This document shows, piece by piece, positions 19,223 to 28,793 of a stretch of DNA of 64,000 nucleotides. This stretch comes from a virus: the IMG/VR virus record IMGVR_UViG_3300006923_000005; one strand, written 5' to 3'. Both the position numbers and the translations under genes were made by a program. The first letter of the stretch is position 1. Every line of letters starts with the position of its first letter. The notes under the pieces are model-generated. The model did not search any database. It was not told where the DNA came from and worked only from the letters and a program-made list of their open reading frames with translations.

Positions 19223-20257
19223 ATGAAATATTTACCAACGATGAGAATGCTACTAGAAGCCACACAGGTTGATTTCACACTGCGGCAGTTTGTTTCACGT
19301 TATCGCGCCAGCGGAGTAACACAGCACCCCCCCGTTTCTGGTGAGCATGTTAACACTGGGCCTATGCGCAGCCGAGTGGGTGTGCAAAAGCGGGCAGTGT
19401 ATGCTAACGTAGAAGATCATGATTTACACGCTTTTAAGTACAGCAAGCTGTTTATTGATTACTTTCCGGGCTGGACAAGTGATTATAAAAAGATGTGGAC
19501 TTCAATTGTGACTGTGACTGAAACGCCGGGAACTCCCCAAGTTTTCCATTCATACTATAAACAAATTCCAGAGCAAGCGTACGTGTACGTGATCAGCAGT
19601 ATTAAAGAGCAGGATCAGCAATTTATGGAGTTGCTGGCCAGTACGATTGAAGATGCGAATCTGCAGATGCTGGGCAAAGAAGCGCCTGCGAAGCACCTTG
19701 GTTATTCTGACGATGAAGAAACTGTTTATTCAAGGAAGCGCCCGGGCTTAGCCAATAGAAAAGCCGACATCCTCCCGCCGACTGCGGCCTTTATAAAAAA
19801 ATTGCAGCAGCTAGTGGTCTCTGGAAAGTTTGACGACTTTCCAGCACCAGATGCAGCTTCCTGGGCCAAAAGCCAGAAAGCGTTCACGGGTTTGTTCCAA
19901 GCACTATATGCTGCGTTTGGTGTGCAGCTTGATGAGGGTGAAGTTATCACTCTGATCACAGACGCATTTTTTCGTGATGTTGAAGAATTGATGCAAGAAA
20001 ATGCTGAAGAATTGACGTGGTTCATTGTTATCGATCACATGAGCTACAAGCTTCCAGAGCAGGATGTAGCTGCTGCAAAGAACGCAATCGCAGCTGGCGA
20101 AGATGTTGGCTGGGGTACTGCTGATAGTTCAATTCCAGCGTGGTGGTTAACAGAGGAGCAGTTTCTTACGAACATGAGCAGTACCCCAACACTTGACGCA
20201 TTTATGCAGGCTTGCGAACAGAACCACACAGAAGAGTTTGCTTGGGAAAACGCTTGA
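19223..20257 (+). CDS. Leader-bearing protein (MKYLPTMRMLLEAT...), a putative packaged cargo of unknown function.
   Basis: Member of the N-terminal leader family. Confidence 0.6.
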   Translation: MKYLPTMRMLLEATQVDFTLRQFVSRYRASGVTQHPPVSGEHVNTGPMRSRVGVQKRAVYANVEDHDLHAFKYSKLFIDYFPGWTSDYKKMWTSIVTVTETPGTPQVFHSYYKQIPEQAYVYVISSIKEQDQQFMELLASTIEDANLQMLGKEAPAKHLGYSDDEETVYSRKRPGLANRKADILPPTAAFIKKLQQLVVSGKFDDFPAPDAASWAKSQKAFTGLFQALYAAFGVQLDEGEVITLITDAFFRDVEELMQENAEELTWFIVIDHMSYKLPEQDVAAAKNAIAAGEDVGWGTADSSIPAWWLTEEQFLTNMSSTPTLDAFMQACEQNHTEEFAWENA

Positions 20258-20393
20258 TGCACTACCTCGTCTACCAGACTACCAACACTGTCAATGGAAA
20301 GATCTACGTTGGTGTACACCAGACTGAAGAACTGAAACGTTCATTTGGCTCAACAACAAACCGCAGCACATGCGCGGCTATCATGATGACTTA
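20256..20393 (+). pseudogene. Truncated GIY-YIG homing endonuclease N-terminus (MHYLVYQTTNTVNGKIYVGVHQTE), fused out of frame to a duplicated terminase 3' end.
   Basis: Matches the I-TevI/Seg N-terminus GIYQIKNTLNNKVYVGS. Only about 24 homologous codons remain. Confidence 0.5.
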
Positions 20394-20627
20394 ATCGTAG
20401 CTTATTCACAAACCTTGTGGTTGAGGGATAGAATTGTGCTAATTAACGATAGCCGTGAAGTTGAAGGAATGCTGGCAGGCATGACGCTGTCGACGAATAC
20501 CATTCAGGATGTGACAGGTTATAAAGCTGATGAATTTGCTCCAAGAAAGCCATCACAAAGTCACTTGAAGACTAAGAGCGTATACGGCGAGAAATTTGAT
20601 GTCGACTTTTCGTGGTTGATTGGATGA
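20327..20627 (+). repeat. Diverged, recoded duplicate of the terminase 3' end (the original is 18877-19195). Its 85-aa reading frame has lost the start.
   Basis: Protein identity is about 85% (MRGYHDDLIVAYSQTLWLRDRIVLIND...). There are many synonymous changes and a 1-nt deletion at the junction. Confidence 0.75.
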
Positions 20628-20636
20628 GGGCTGATT

Positions 20637-21770
20637 ATGAAGTTTCCAACAATACAAAAATTGCTGCTTGAGGCTTCAAAGAAAGAAAAGGTCCAAGCTG
20701 ATCCTGACTTTTTAAATCCAGACGTTTCACACAAAGAGCTGGCAAATAGATACAACATGGATTTATCTAGTGTTTCGAAGTATCGCCGTGCTGCAGGTCT
20801 TGCTCCCCTTAAAAGAGGTGGCCCAGGTGTAATAGCCAAGCTTAGAAAAGATCCGGATATCTATGACAAGAATGTCATGCATAAGACAATTGCAGCTCGC
20901 TATGGTATTAATTCTGCTACAGTTTTAAGAATTCGACAGAGGTTAGGTGTTAAAGGCTTTAAGAGTTCAATGGGACCAATTCTTAAGAATGATCCAGATA
21001 TTAGAAATCGTGATATTACTAATAAAGAACTCGGACAAAGGTATGGCATTGATGCATCAAGAGTTAGTATCTATCGTAAAGAATTAGGTATTGAGCCTAG
21101 GCGAATGAGCAGAAAAGAGATTGTTGCATTCCATAAGAAGCTTAAGGCAGATCCTCACTTTATGAATGGAAGGGTAAGTGCAGTTGAGCTTGCAGCCAAG
21201 TATGACGTAGCACCTGCAACAATCAAGAATTTACGAAAAGCAGCAGGTTTTAAGCCATATACTCCTAAGTGGTTTAATGATTCAATTCTTAAAGATAAAC
21301 TTGTAGGGCATGCTGAGGTAATTGCAAAATTACGCACTAGATTTCCAGGCGAGCTTGACACAATTACACTTAGCCGCGTAAGGGCACGCCGCAGAAAGCT
21401 GGGAATTGAATTTGGCCATGCCGGCCCCCGTGCAAGACAGCCAAAAGAGCCAAGCGAAATTATCGATATCTTTGATGACGATGATGATTTTCTAACAGAT
21501 GAAGATCTATCTGACGAAGAAGTGTCAATAGAGATTGGTCTTCCGCTTGCAACAGTCTTTTATAAGCGTGATATGTTAAAAGTTAAGAGACCACCAATCA
21601 AGAAGCCCCTCGGAAAAACAAGTAAGCTTGTAAATGATCCACGCATGCTTGACGAAACATTGACAGACAAAGAAGTTGCAGAGCAAATGGGCGTGCGTTT
21701 TGCAAATGTGTACTATATCAGAAGTAGGTTAGGTGTAAAGCGCCCATCTGATTCAGGGGATATAAAGTGA
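20637..21770 (+). CDS. Leader-bearing protein (MKFPTIQKLLLEAS...) with at least 5 tandem HTH-like repeats of about 47 aa.
   Basis: Repeats such as ELANRYNMDLSSVSKYRRAAGL, TIAARYGINSATVLRIRQRLGV and ELGQRYGIDASRVSIYRKELGI. Confidence 0.65.
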   Translation: MKFPTIQKLLLEASKKEKVQADPDFLNPDVSHKELANRYNMDLSSVSKYRRAAGLAPLKRGGPGVIAKLRKDPDIYDKNVMHKTIAARYGINSATVLRIRQRLGVKGFKSSMGPILKNDPDIRNRDITNKELGQRYGIDASRVSIYRKELGIEPRRMSRKEIVAFHKKLKADPHFMNGRVSAVELAAKYDVAPATIKNLRKAAGFKPYTPKWFNDSILKDKLVGHAEVIAKLRTRFPGELDTITLSRVRARRRKLGIEFGHAGPRARQPKEPSEIIDIFDDDDDFLTDEDLSDEEVSIEIGLPLATVFYKRDMLKVKRPPIKKPLGKTSKLVNDPRMLDETLTDKEVAEQMGVRFANVYYIRSRLGVKRPSDSGDIK

Positions 21771-22195
21771 AGTTTCCAACAATACAAAAACTGACAGAAG
21801 TAGTTGACGAGTTTAGCGCCCGCCACGTTGAAAGTGCGATTAATAAAGTAGCAGAAAAAATAAGAAGAGATCCTAGCATTGTTATTCAAGAGCTTGAGCA
21901 GCTCCTTATGCTTGTAAAAAGATTAACGCACGGCATGTTTACACTTGATTTTCCAGATTCAAAATATCGTGATAATGATGTTGATCTCATTGATGGAATA
22001 GAGAACTTAATTGAAGCAGTACGTGATGGTGAAGAAATAGAAGAGGTCTTTTATTTTTTAAAGATGTATGCAACATTTGCAAAATCACAGTATGACATGA
22101 AGGCTGCTATTGATATTCTGCGAAGAGATTTTAACTTTGCAAAAAGTGCAAGTGATATTGGGCGCGAAGTTGAAGATGAACTTGATTTTGATTGA
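21767..22195 (+). CDS. Small acidic leader-bearing protein (MKFPTIQKLTEVV...).
   Basis: GTGA overlap. The 5' nucleotides are identical to the start of 20637 (gaagtttccaacaatacaaaaa). Confidence 0.55.
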   Translation: MKFPTIQKLTEVVDEFSARHVESAINKVAEKIRRDPSIVIQELEQLLMLVKRLTHGMFTLDFPDSKYRDNDVDLIDGIENLIEAVRDGEEIEEVFYFLKMYATFAKSQYDMKAAIDILRRDFNFAKSASDIGREVEDELDFD

Positions 22196-22276
22196 TTACT
22201 GCGGGCAAATAAAGAAGTATAATCTATTTACAATTAGCAATCAAGTTTGATTGCAACAGAATGAAGGTAACAAACA

Positions 22277-24052
22277 GTGGCTGACGTTTTCAAACAATTG
22301 ACCAGGCTCTTTAAGTCTGGACCAGTGGTTCGCCACAGGATCCAGCGCCTTCCGTACCAACCGTCTGATTCTTCCGGCTTTAGCTCTCTATCATACAACA
22401 CGTACAGTACAGTTTCGAACGTAGGCCAAATTGAACGAATGGCGCGCTACAACGACTATGCCGAGATGGAGATGACGCCGGAGCTTGCTTCAGGTCTTGA
22501 CATCTACGCTGATGAAACATGCGTTCCAGATCCTCACGGCAGAATCATCCAGATTAAGTCTCAAGATGAAGATATTCGCCTGATCCTCGAACAGCTTTTC
22601 GGTGACATTCTGAACCTCGACTTCCAGCTTTGGGGTTGGACTCGTAATATGTGCAAGTACGGCGATCAGATGCTGTACCTTGATGTGAACGAGCACAACG
22701 GTCTCTTGCAAGCTGTTCCAATTCCAATTAATGAAATTGAGCGTGAAGAAGGCTACGATCCCAAGGATCCATTTGCATATCGTTTCCGTTGGGTAACGAT
22801 GGGAAACCGTGTGCTGCAGCCGTGGCAGGTTGCGCACTTCCGCGTTCTTGGTAATGATGTGTTCCTTCCCTATGGTACGTCAGTAATTGAACCTGCCCGC
22901 CGCATCTGGCGCCAGCTTCTTCTCATTGAAGATGCCATGCTTGTCTATCGTATCATCCGCTCACCTGAGCGCCGTGTCTTCTATATTGACGTAGGAAATG
23001 TTGAGCCTGAGAAGGTTCCGGCATTTATGGAGCGCGCAAAGTCAGCCCTTAAGCGTTCACAGGTTGTCGACAGTTCAACTGGGCGCGTTGATCTGCGCTA
23101 CAACCCACTTTCCGTAGATGAGGATTACTTTGTTCCTGTCCGCGGCGATAAATCATCACGAATTGAAACACTCCCTGGAGGCCAGTTCACAGGTGATATT
23201 GAAGATGTGCAATACATTCAAAGCAAGTTGTTTGCGGCACTCAAGATTCCAAAGAGTTACCTTGGCTATGAAGAAGATCTAGGTGCAAAGTCAACACTTG
23301 CCCAGGAAGATATTCGCTTCGGCAGAACAATTGGCAGAATCCAACGAAGCATTATTAGTGAATTAACACGAATTGCAATCATTCACCTTTTCATCCTTGG
23401 GTACACAGGCGACGCCCTCTTCAATTTTGAAATTGACATGACGTCCCCGTCAAAGATTTACGAGATGCAGCAACTTGAACTCCTCAGGACAAAGATGGAA
23501 GTTGCTGGCCAGGCCGGTGAAGGACTCTTTGACAAGCAGTGGCAGTATGATAATATCTTCTTCATCCCCCGCAATGTGCAGGAAGGAATTCAAAATCGTT
23601 TAAAGGATGATAGGATGTTTGAGCTTGAGCTTGAAAGTATGGAAGCTCCTCAGGATGAGAAAGAGAATCCTGAGGAAGTAAAGCCTGAAGAGAAGCCTAA
23701 GAAGGAAGAGGAAGCAGTCAGCTTAACTGATGGTCACATCTACGACGATTCTGAGCTTGAAGAATTATCTGGGCATGATAAGCGGAAGTCCTCTGGTCCT
23801 CGCCGCCAAAGTAATCACTCTGTTGCATTCCCAGAAGTTGATCGCGATATGTTTAATGTTGATATTGGTGGCCTTGTACAAGCATCACTCGGCGAACGCC
23901 AAATCAAGAAGCATTCGACACTCCTTGAAAGTATTGCTAAAGGCATGCCAGAGCTGTCCAGAAGCCGTCCAGAACAACAAATTGAAGAGCTTGAACTGGA
24001 TGATGATGATGCATTTGGTATTGATGAAAGCTTAAACATTTCGGGCAAATAG
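22277..24052 (+). CDS. 20: Portal protein (T4 gp20 family).
   Basis: VYRIIRSPERRVFYIDVGN matches T4 VYRITRAPDRRVWYVD. Also DEDYFVPVRG and an acidic C-terminus. Confidence 0.85.
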   Translation: MADVFKQLTRLFKSGPVVRHRIQRLPYQPSDSSGFSSLSYNTYSTVSNVGQIERMARYNDYAEMEMTPELASGLDIYADETCVPDPHGRIIQIKSQDEDIRLILEQLFGDILNLDFQLWGWTRNMCKYGDQMLYLDVNEHNGLLQAVPIPINEIEREEGYDPKDPFAYRFRWVTMGNRVLQPWQVAHFRVLGNDVFLPYGTSVIEPARRIWRQLLLIEDAMLVYRIIRSPERRVFYIDVGNVEPEKVPAFMERAKSALKRSQVVDSSTGRVDLRYNPLSVDEDYFVPVRGDKSSRIETLPGGQFTGDIEDVQYIQSKLFAALKIPKSYLGYEEDLGAKSTLAQEDIRFGRTIGRIQRSIISELTRIAIIHLFILGYTGDALFNFEIDMTSPSKIYEMQQLELLRTKMEVAGQAGEGLFDKQWQYDNIFFIPRNVQEGIQNRLKDDRMFELELESMEAPQDEKENPEEVKPEEKPKKEEEAVSLTDGHIYDDSELEELSGHDKRKSSGPRRQSNHSVAFPEVDRDMFNVDIGGLVQASLGERQIKKHSTLLESIAKGMPELSRSRPEQQIEELELDDDDAFGIDESLNISGK

Positions 24053-24056
24053 AGGC

Positions 24057-25001
24057 ATGTTTCCGACCATCTCGAACCTGTTGCTCGAAGTTACGATGCA
24101 GCAGGTAGAACAACGCTTTGAGGGCAAGAAGTTCCGGCGTGCTATTCAAAAGCATGTAAAGCTGCCAGGTGCTCTCGAAACTACGCCTGGTGAAGTTGTT
24201 GTGATGGTCAAGGGTCTCGTTCCTGAAGACATTCCGGAGGCATCAAAAGCTGAGGCGCTGAATTGGGCGATCAGCATCTTCATCTCTGGCGAGCTCGGGA
24301 AGCATATGAACGCGAAGCACGGCGGAATTGACATCTACGTCGATCTTGTGAGTGACATTGAGACGTTCTACCAGACAAAGGAAGCGGGCTTAGATCATCT
24401 ACTTGATGAGCGTGACATCTATCGGTATACCGATGTAGCTGCTTTCATGGATGACATGCAGGATGTCGTTGTCAAGCTAGCGAACCATAGAGCTGGCAAA
24501 GTTAATCCCACCCTTGCGGCCGAGGGCTTGAATCTGATCGGAGAAACGCCCGAGTGGCAGATCTTCATCCCTGAGAATAAAGCTGCCGCCTGCAAGCTTG
24601 GGCAAAATACGAAGTGGTGCACAGCAGCGCCGGGTCTCAATTACTACGAAGAGTATCACAGCGAGGACGACCCTCTTATCATCTTCAAGCATAAGAAAGA
24701 TGAAGAGAAGGATCTGCAGTTTCACTTTGCCATTCCTTCTGACGGGCCCCCTCGTCGAGGACAGTATATTGACTACGGGTTGTATTCCGGCGGTGATTAT
24801 AGTCAATGGTACGAAGATCACGGACAGCATGAAGAAGGCCAGGGTCCACAGTTCAGCGACGTAAATGATCGCCCTGTAGCATTTCAAGTTGTGAAGACGA
24901 TGGTGCATATCTTAAAGCGCATGCCGAAGCTGCCAAGAAAAGTAAAAGACTATCTTGAGCACGACTTTGATGTGAATGCAATCGACTTCAGTCATGCATA
25001 A
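24057..25001 (+). CDS. Leader-bearing protein (MFPTISNLLLEV...) with a conserved core of unknown function. Paralog of 44905-45816.
   Basis: Shared blocks WQIFIPENKAAACKLGQNTKWCTAAPGLNYY and DPLIIFKHK. Confidence 0.6.
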   Translation: MFPTISNLLLEVTMQQVEQRFEGKKFRRAIQKHVKLPGALETTPGEVVVMVKGLVPEDIPEASKAEALNWAISIFISGELGKHMNAKHGGIDIYVDLVSDIETFYQTKEAGLDHLLDERDIYRYTDVAAFMDDMQDVVVKLANHRAGKVNPTLAAEGLNLIGETPEWQIFIPENKAAACKLGQNTKWCTAAPGLNYYEEYHSEDDPLIIFKHKKDEEKDLQFHFAIPSDGPPRRGQYIDYGLYSGGDYSQWYEDHGQHEEGQGPQFSDVNDRPVAFQVVKTMVHILKRMPKLPRKVKDYLEHDFDVNAIDFSHA

Positions 25002-25062
25002 GAGAATTTAAACTGTTCACTAAACCAAGGATAGTTATAGAAGAACCTGTGAGAGAATATAA

Positions 25063-25896
25063 ATGACGCACAACAAGAAGAGAAATCTCGGTGTAACTTG
25101 CGATCTAATCGTGCACAACATTGCGCGCGATACAATGGATGGCAACAAGCAGCGTGCTCGGGTCGGTGTTAACATGCTAGAGCGATACTTTGGTAAAGGC
25201 TCTCCGCTTGTTGAAGAGTATGCTCCATTCAGCATAGTTCGTGAAATGCGAATTGCTGATTTAAGCCAGGCTGACAGAACACTTGATCGTATCTTAGCAG
25301 CTGCGGCCGCAACAACAACAAACCTTGACCATGTTAAAACATCATTGATTCATGAGATGAATCGTGTGTATGGTCAAGATGTCTGGGGTACAAAGATTCC
25401 AGATTATAAGCTGTACGCTTCACTGCAGCAATTGATTACTGCACGCAAGTCTGGAATGCTGTCAGAAGCGCGTCTTGTATCTGAGCGTAATGCAGTAATT
25501 AGCCACATCACACAACCACTTGCCGAAGGCAGCGATCTACTTCAAGAATTCGATGATCCTCTTGTTCAAGTGATGATGACAGCTAATTTCAATAAGCGTT
25601 ACGCTGAGCTTCCAGGCCCAAATAGAAAGCTAATTGAATCGTTTGTCACTCATGGCATCGCGGGCACATTAGACAAGTTTAACGAGAAGCTTGATCAATA
25701 TAAGCAGGTTCTTGATAATCGCGTTAATCGTGCACTTGAGTCAGGAAACCTCACAGAGCATGTTATCTCTACTGTTCGTGAAGCGCAGGCAGTTCTTGAA
25801 GCTGCCGAGGGTGATGAGAGAGTAACACTCATCATGGAATATGCAGATCTCTCAAGGGAGCTTGAGGGAAATGATCATGCAATTAACCAAAAATGA
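25063..25896 (+). CDS. Hypothetical protein in the head-gene cluster.
   Basis: ORF in the gene-dense region between portal and protease. Confidence 0.5.
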   Translation: MTHNKKRNLGVTCDLIVHNIARDTMDGNKQRARVGVNMLERYFGKGSPLVEEYAPFSIVREMRIADLSQADRTLDRILAAAAATTTNLDHVKTSLIHEMNRVYGQDVWGTKIPDYKLYASLQQLITARKSGMLSEARLVSERNAVISHITQPLAEGSDLLQEFDDPLVQVMMTANFNKRYAELPGPNRKLIESFVTHGIAGTLDKFNEKLDQYKQVLDNRVNRALESGNLTEHVISTVREAQAVLEAAEGDERVTLIMEYADLSRELEGNDHAINQK

Positions 25897-27796
25897 TAAA
25901 GAGAGTGTCTCAAATATGGCGCAGCAGACAGTTGACGAGCGTGAAGCCCAGCTCCCAGAAGGGCTCGCCGAGGGCCTAATTGACGATGAAGATATTGAAA
26001 GCCTCAACGTTTTAGGTAGTCAAGCAGAAGAAACATCGGATCAGCTCCGCGTTGTTGGTAATTACATCGACGATGTCGGTGAGGACTATCACGAAAATGC
26101 TGCAGCTGCCGTTCAAGGCATAACAGCTGGTGGCTCAGATTCAAAGCCTCTCAAGAAGCATATCTTTGATGAAGCAAGCATCGCCGATATTGAACCCCAT
26201 TCTAAGACTGCAGCATTTGTTCTGTTTCACAATCGCGGCAAATTCCTTGTAGCTTTGCGTGCACCCGGTGGCGATTGTGGTGAAACATGGAGCAACATCG
26301 GTGGCGCCCAGGAAGCTGAAGATATTATCTCTGGTGATCCGTACACGTCATTTGTTAGAACAGCTGCACGAGAAGTTGGTGAAGAAGTTGGCGCAATGCC
26401 TGTAACTGCGAAGATTCGCGGGCACTACATGCATGAAGGTGAAGGTTTCAAGGCGTTGAACTTTATTGCTGATATTGATGATAAAACTGCAGACAACTGG
26501 AAGTTTGAGCTTCAAAAAGATGAGCTCACTGAGATTAAGTGGGCAACATTAAGCGAATTGAAATCACAGGCAAGAGATTTGCATCCGGCCTTTCGGCGAA
26601 TGCTCTTTAGGTTCTATGGTTCTGATGGTGCTGAAGTTATGGATCCGTTTGAGGGTGAGCCAGGCGGCAATCTTAAGTTCAAGCAGGCTCCATCTCGCAA
26701 ATCAAAGTCACCGACAATACCAACTGGTCGAATGTCGACAGGTGAACCAAATGCGCTGTATGGTCGTGGTTTGTTCCAGGTCGATCACGTACTTCGGGAA
26801 GACGGACCATATAACATGGTCGGAAACCCAAGTAGCGATAATTATATGAGAGACTTGTTCACACCTGACACTATTGTCTGGTACGACGGTGATGGAGTTA
26901 ATATTCCATCCTCAATTTTTGGAGAGGGACGCATAATGTCTGATCTATTCACAGCACTTTTTGAGGATTGGTCACCTGACGTTCCTGATGCAGAGCTCGA
27001 AACAAAAGATATCAAGAAAGCGGGTGACAAATCTGCAATTGATAAAGAGCGGCCAGAAGATGTAGAGCGCTACGGTGAAGATTATATCTCTGATTCAAAT
27101 AGCTCTGATATGCGCTCACCATGGGCCAGCATGTCAGAATTGTTTGATGCTGATAATGAGTCTCCTGGCGCAAAAAAGCTTGCGAAGGCAAAGCCTGAAA
27201 GCAAAACAAATGCTGCTGACCAGCGTTTAATTACATATGAAGGTTCGGGTAAAATTGATAAGTCATGGCTTGATGAATTTGATCTCCTTGAGTGGTATCG
27301 CATCGCAGAGGCAAACGATGAGCCTGAGGGCGAAGATGAAAAGGGTCCTGATTCAAAAGCAGTAGATATCAACCTTGATAATGACGCAGATCCAGATGAT
27401 GTTGCGTCAGTAAATTACGACGACGTAAAAAATCCAAGTGATGATATAAAGCGCGTCCAAGATAGAGATGACAAGCCAGATGAACCTGAAGAGCCTGCTG
27501 ATGAACCTGAAGAGGGCGACCACGCTGACGTCGGAGAGGACGGTGAAATCGACGAAGAAACGTTGAAGCGAATTCAGAGTAAGCTTGCTTCGTTCATCAG
27601 CAGGTCACTTCAGTCTGATGACCCCATAAAAGTTTTTATGTCTGGCAACTCTGTTGTTATGCAGTTCAATCGAGTTTCAAATAAGCAAACGGTTCAGTTA
27701 GTCATTGCTTCACCATCTTCTGTAGCACTTAATGTGGGACGAAAGACTGATGATGAAGCAGTTGTTGGCACAGCAATCTCAAGCGTGAACCTCTAA
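25841..27796 (+). CDS. Nudix-hydrolase-domain protein with a long acidic, low-complexity C-terminal region (start uncertain, 25871-25916).
   Basis: Nudix-box-like GGAQEAEDIISGDPYTSFVRTAAREVGEEVG. D/E/P-rich tail. Confidence 0.55.
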   Translation: MQISQGSLREMIMQLTKNDKESVSNMAQQTVDEREAQLPEGLAEGLIDDEDIESLNVLGSQAEETSDQLRVVGNYIDDVGEDYHENAAAAVQGITAGGSDSKPLKKHIFDEASIADIEPHSKTAAFVLFHNRGKFLVALRAPGGDCGETWSNIGGAQEAEDIISGDPYTSFVRTAAREVGEEVGAMPVTAKIRGHYMHEGEGFKALNFIADIDDKTADNWKFELQKDELTEIKWATLSELKSQARDLHPAFRRMLFRFYGSDGAEVMDPFEGEPGGNLKFKQAPSRKSKSPTIPTGRMSTGEPNALYGRGLFQVDHVLREDGPYNMVGNPSSDNYMRDLFTPDTIVWYDGDGVNIPSSIFGEGRIMSDLFTALFEDWSPDVPDAELETKDIKKAGDKSAIDKERPEDVERYGEDYISDSNSSDMRSPWASMSELFDADNESPGAKKLAKAKPESKTNAADQRLITYEGSGKIDKSWLDEFDLLEWYRIAEANDEPEGEDEKGPDSKAVDINLDNDADPDDVASVNYDDVKNPSDDIKRVQDRDDKPDEPEEPADEPEEGDHADVGEDGEIDEETLKRIQSKLASFISRSLQSDDPIKVFMSGNSVVMQFNRVSNKQTVQLVIASPSSVALNVGRKTDDEAVVGTAISSVNL

Positions 27797-27807
27797 GGAG
27801 ATTAATC

Positions 27808-28407
27808 ATGGCTGATCGAAAAATCCTCTGCGAATTTTACCAGCTTGAGTATGATGCTGACAAGCTTCGTGAGGATGTGGAGGCTGGTCGTGACATCATC
27901 CTCTCTGGCCGGTGCCAGCATGCTGATTTGGGAAATGCAAATGAGCGCAAGTATCCGCGTGAAATTCTTGAACGTGAAGTTCAAAATTATCAAACACCCA
28001 TTCAAGAGCGAAGAGCGTATGGAGAGCTTGATCATCCACAAGACACTGTTGTAAACTTGCAGAAGGCATCACACATGATGACTGAAGTCTGGTGGGAAGG
28101 TGATGAAGTTTTTGGAAAGCTTAAGCTAATGGGAACCCCGACAGGCCAAATTGCTGAGGCAATCCTTAAGGCAGGCGGAGTATTAGGAATTAGTTCACGC
28201 GGAGTTGGTTCGACACAAGCCTCTGGTGGCTTTGATGTAGTCCAAGATGATTTCCAATTAATTTGCTTTGATTTAGTATCTGAACCATCAACACCCGGTG
28301 CATACGTGCTACCAGAAGGCAAACGGATCTTGCGGCCAAGAGAGCGAAATGATCGCATCACCAGGATTGCAAACAATATAATTTTCCACAAGCGTGGCAA
28401 GGAGTAA
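27808..28407 (+). CDS. 21: Prohead core protease (T4 gp21 family, peptidase U9).
   Basis: RKYPREILEREVQNY, GELDHP, ISSRGVGS and FDLVSEPSTPGAYV match gp21. Confidence 0.8.
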   Translation: MADRKILCEFYQLEYDADKLREDVEAGRDIILSGRCQHADLGNANERKYPREILEREVQNYQTPIQERRAYGELDHPQDTVVNLQKASHMMTEVWWEGDEVFGKLKLMGTPTGQIAEAILKAGGVLGISSRGVGSTQASGGFDVVQDDFQLICFDLVSEPSTPGAYVLPEGKRILRPRERNDRITRIANNIIFHKRGKE

Positions 28408-28410
28408 CCG

Positions 28411-28788
28411 ATGAGTATGAATAACCCGCTTGCAGGATTGCATGACGTTTCGCAATATGGAGTGTCAGGTTATCCATATCTAACGCAATCAACTGCGAAT
28501 GCTTCAACAGCAGTTGAAATTAAATTTCCACAAGTCACACGATTCTTCACAGTGCAGGTGCTCACTAGCGGCTCTGTTGATTTCGCAGTAACAGAAAATG
28601 GCCTTGATAGTGGCCATACTTTTAGGCTTGAAAATTCTGGTTCTTTAGCTGTTGAGCTTCGAACACCATCACTTTTCATGCTCGCAGTTGACGGAGATGA
28701 AGATGTGCAGGTCGTTGCCGGTCTAACTGGAATCCCTGCAGGCCTCATGATAGTCACAGGATCTGATGGCCAAGAAGGCGTAGGTTAG
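28411..28788 (+). CDS. Hypothetical head-module protein.
   Basis: ATG follows a GAGTAACCG RBS. Confidence 0.45.
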   Translation: MSMNNPLAGLHDVSQYGVSGYPYLTQSTANASTAVEIKFPQVTRFFTVQVLTSGSVDFAVTENGLDSGHTFRLENSGSLAVELRTPSLFMLAVDGDEDVQVVAGLTGIPAGLMIVTGSDGQEGVG

Positions 28789-28793
28789 AAAAG

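Noticed and set aside
25055-25062. TATAAATG matches to the T4 late-promoter core (also at 31243-31250)
   Set aside because: In both cases the ATG of the match is the start codon of the downstream gene. The motif therefore overlaps the coding start instead of lying upstream. This is probably coincidence.
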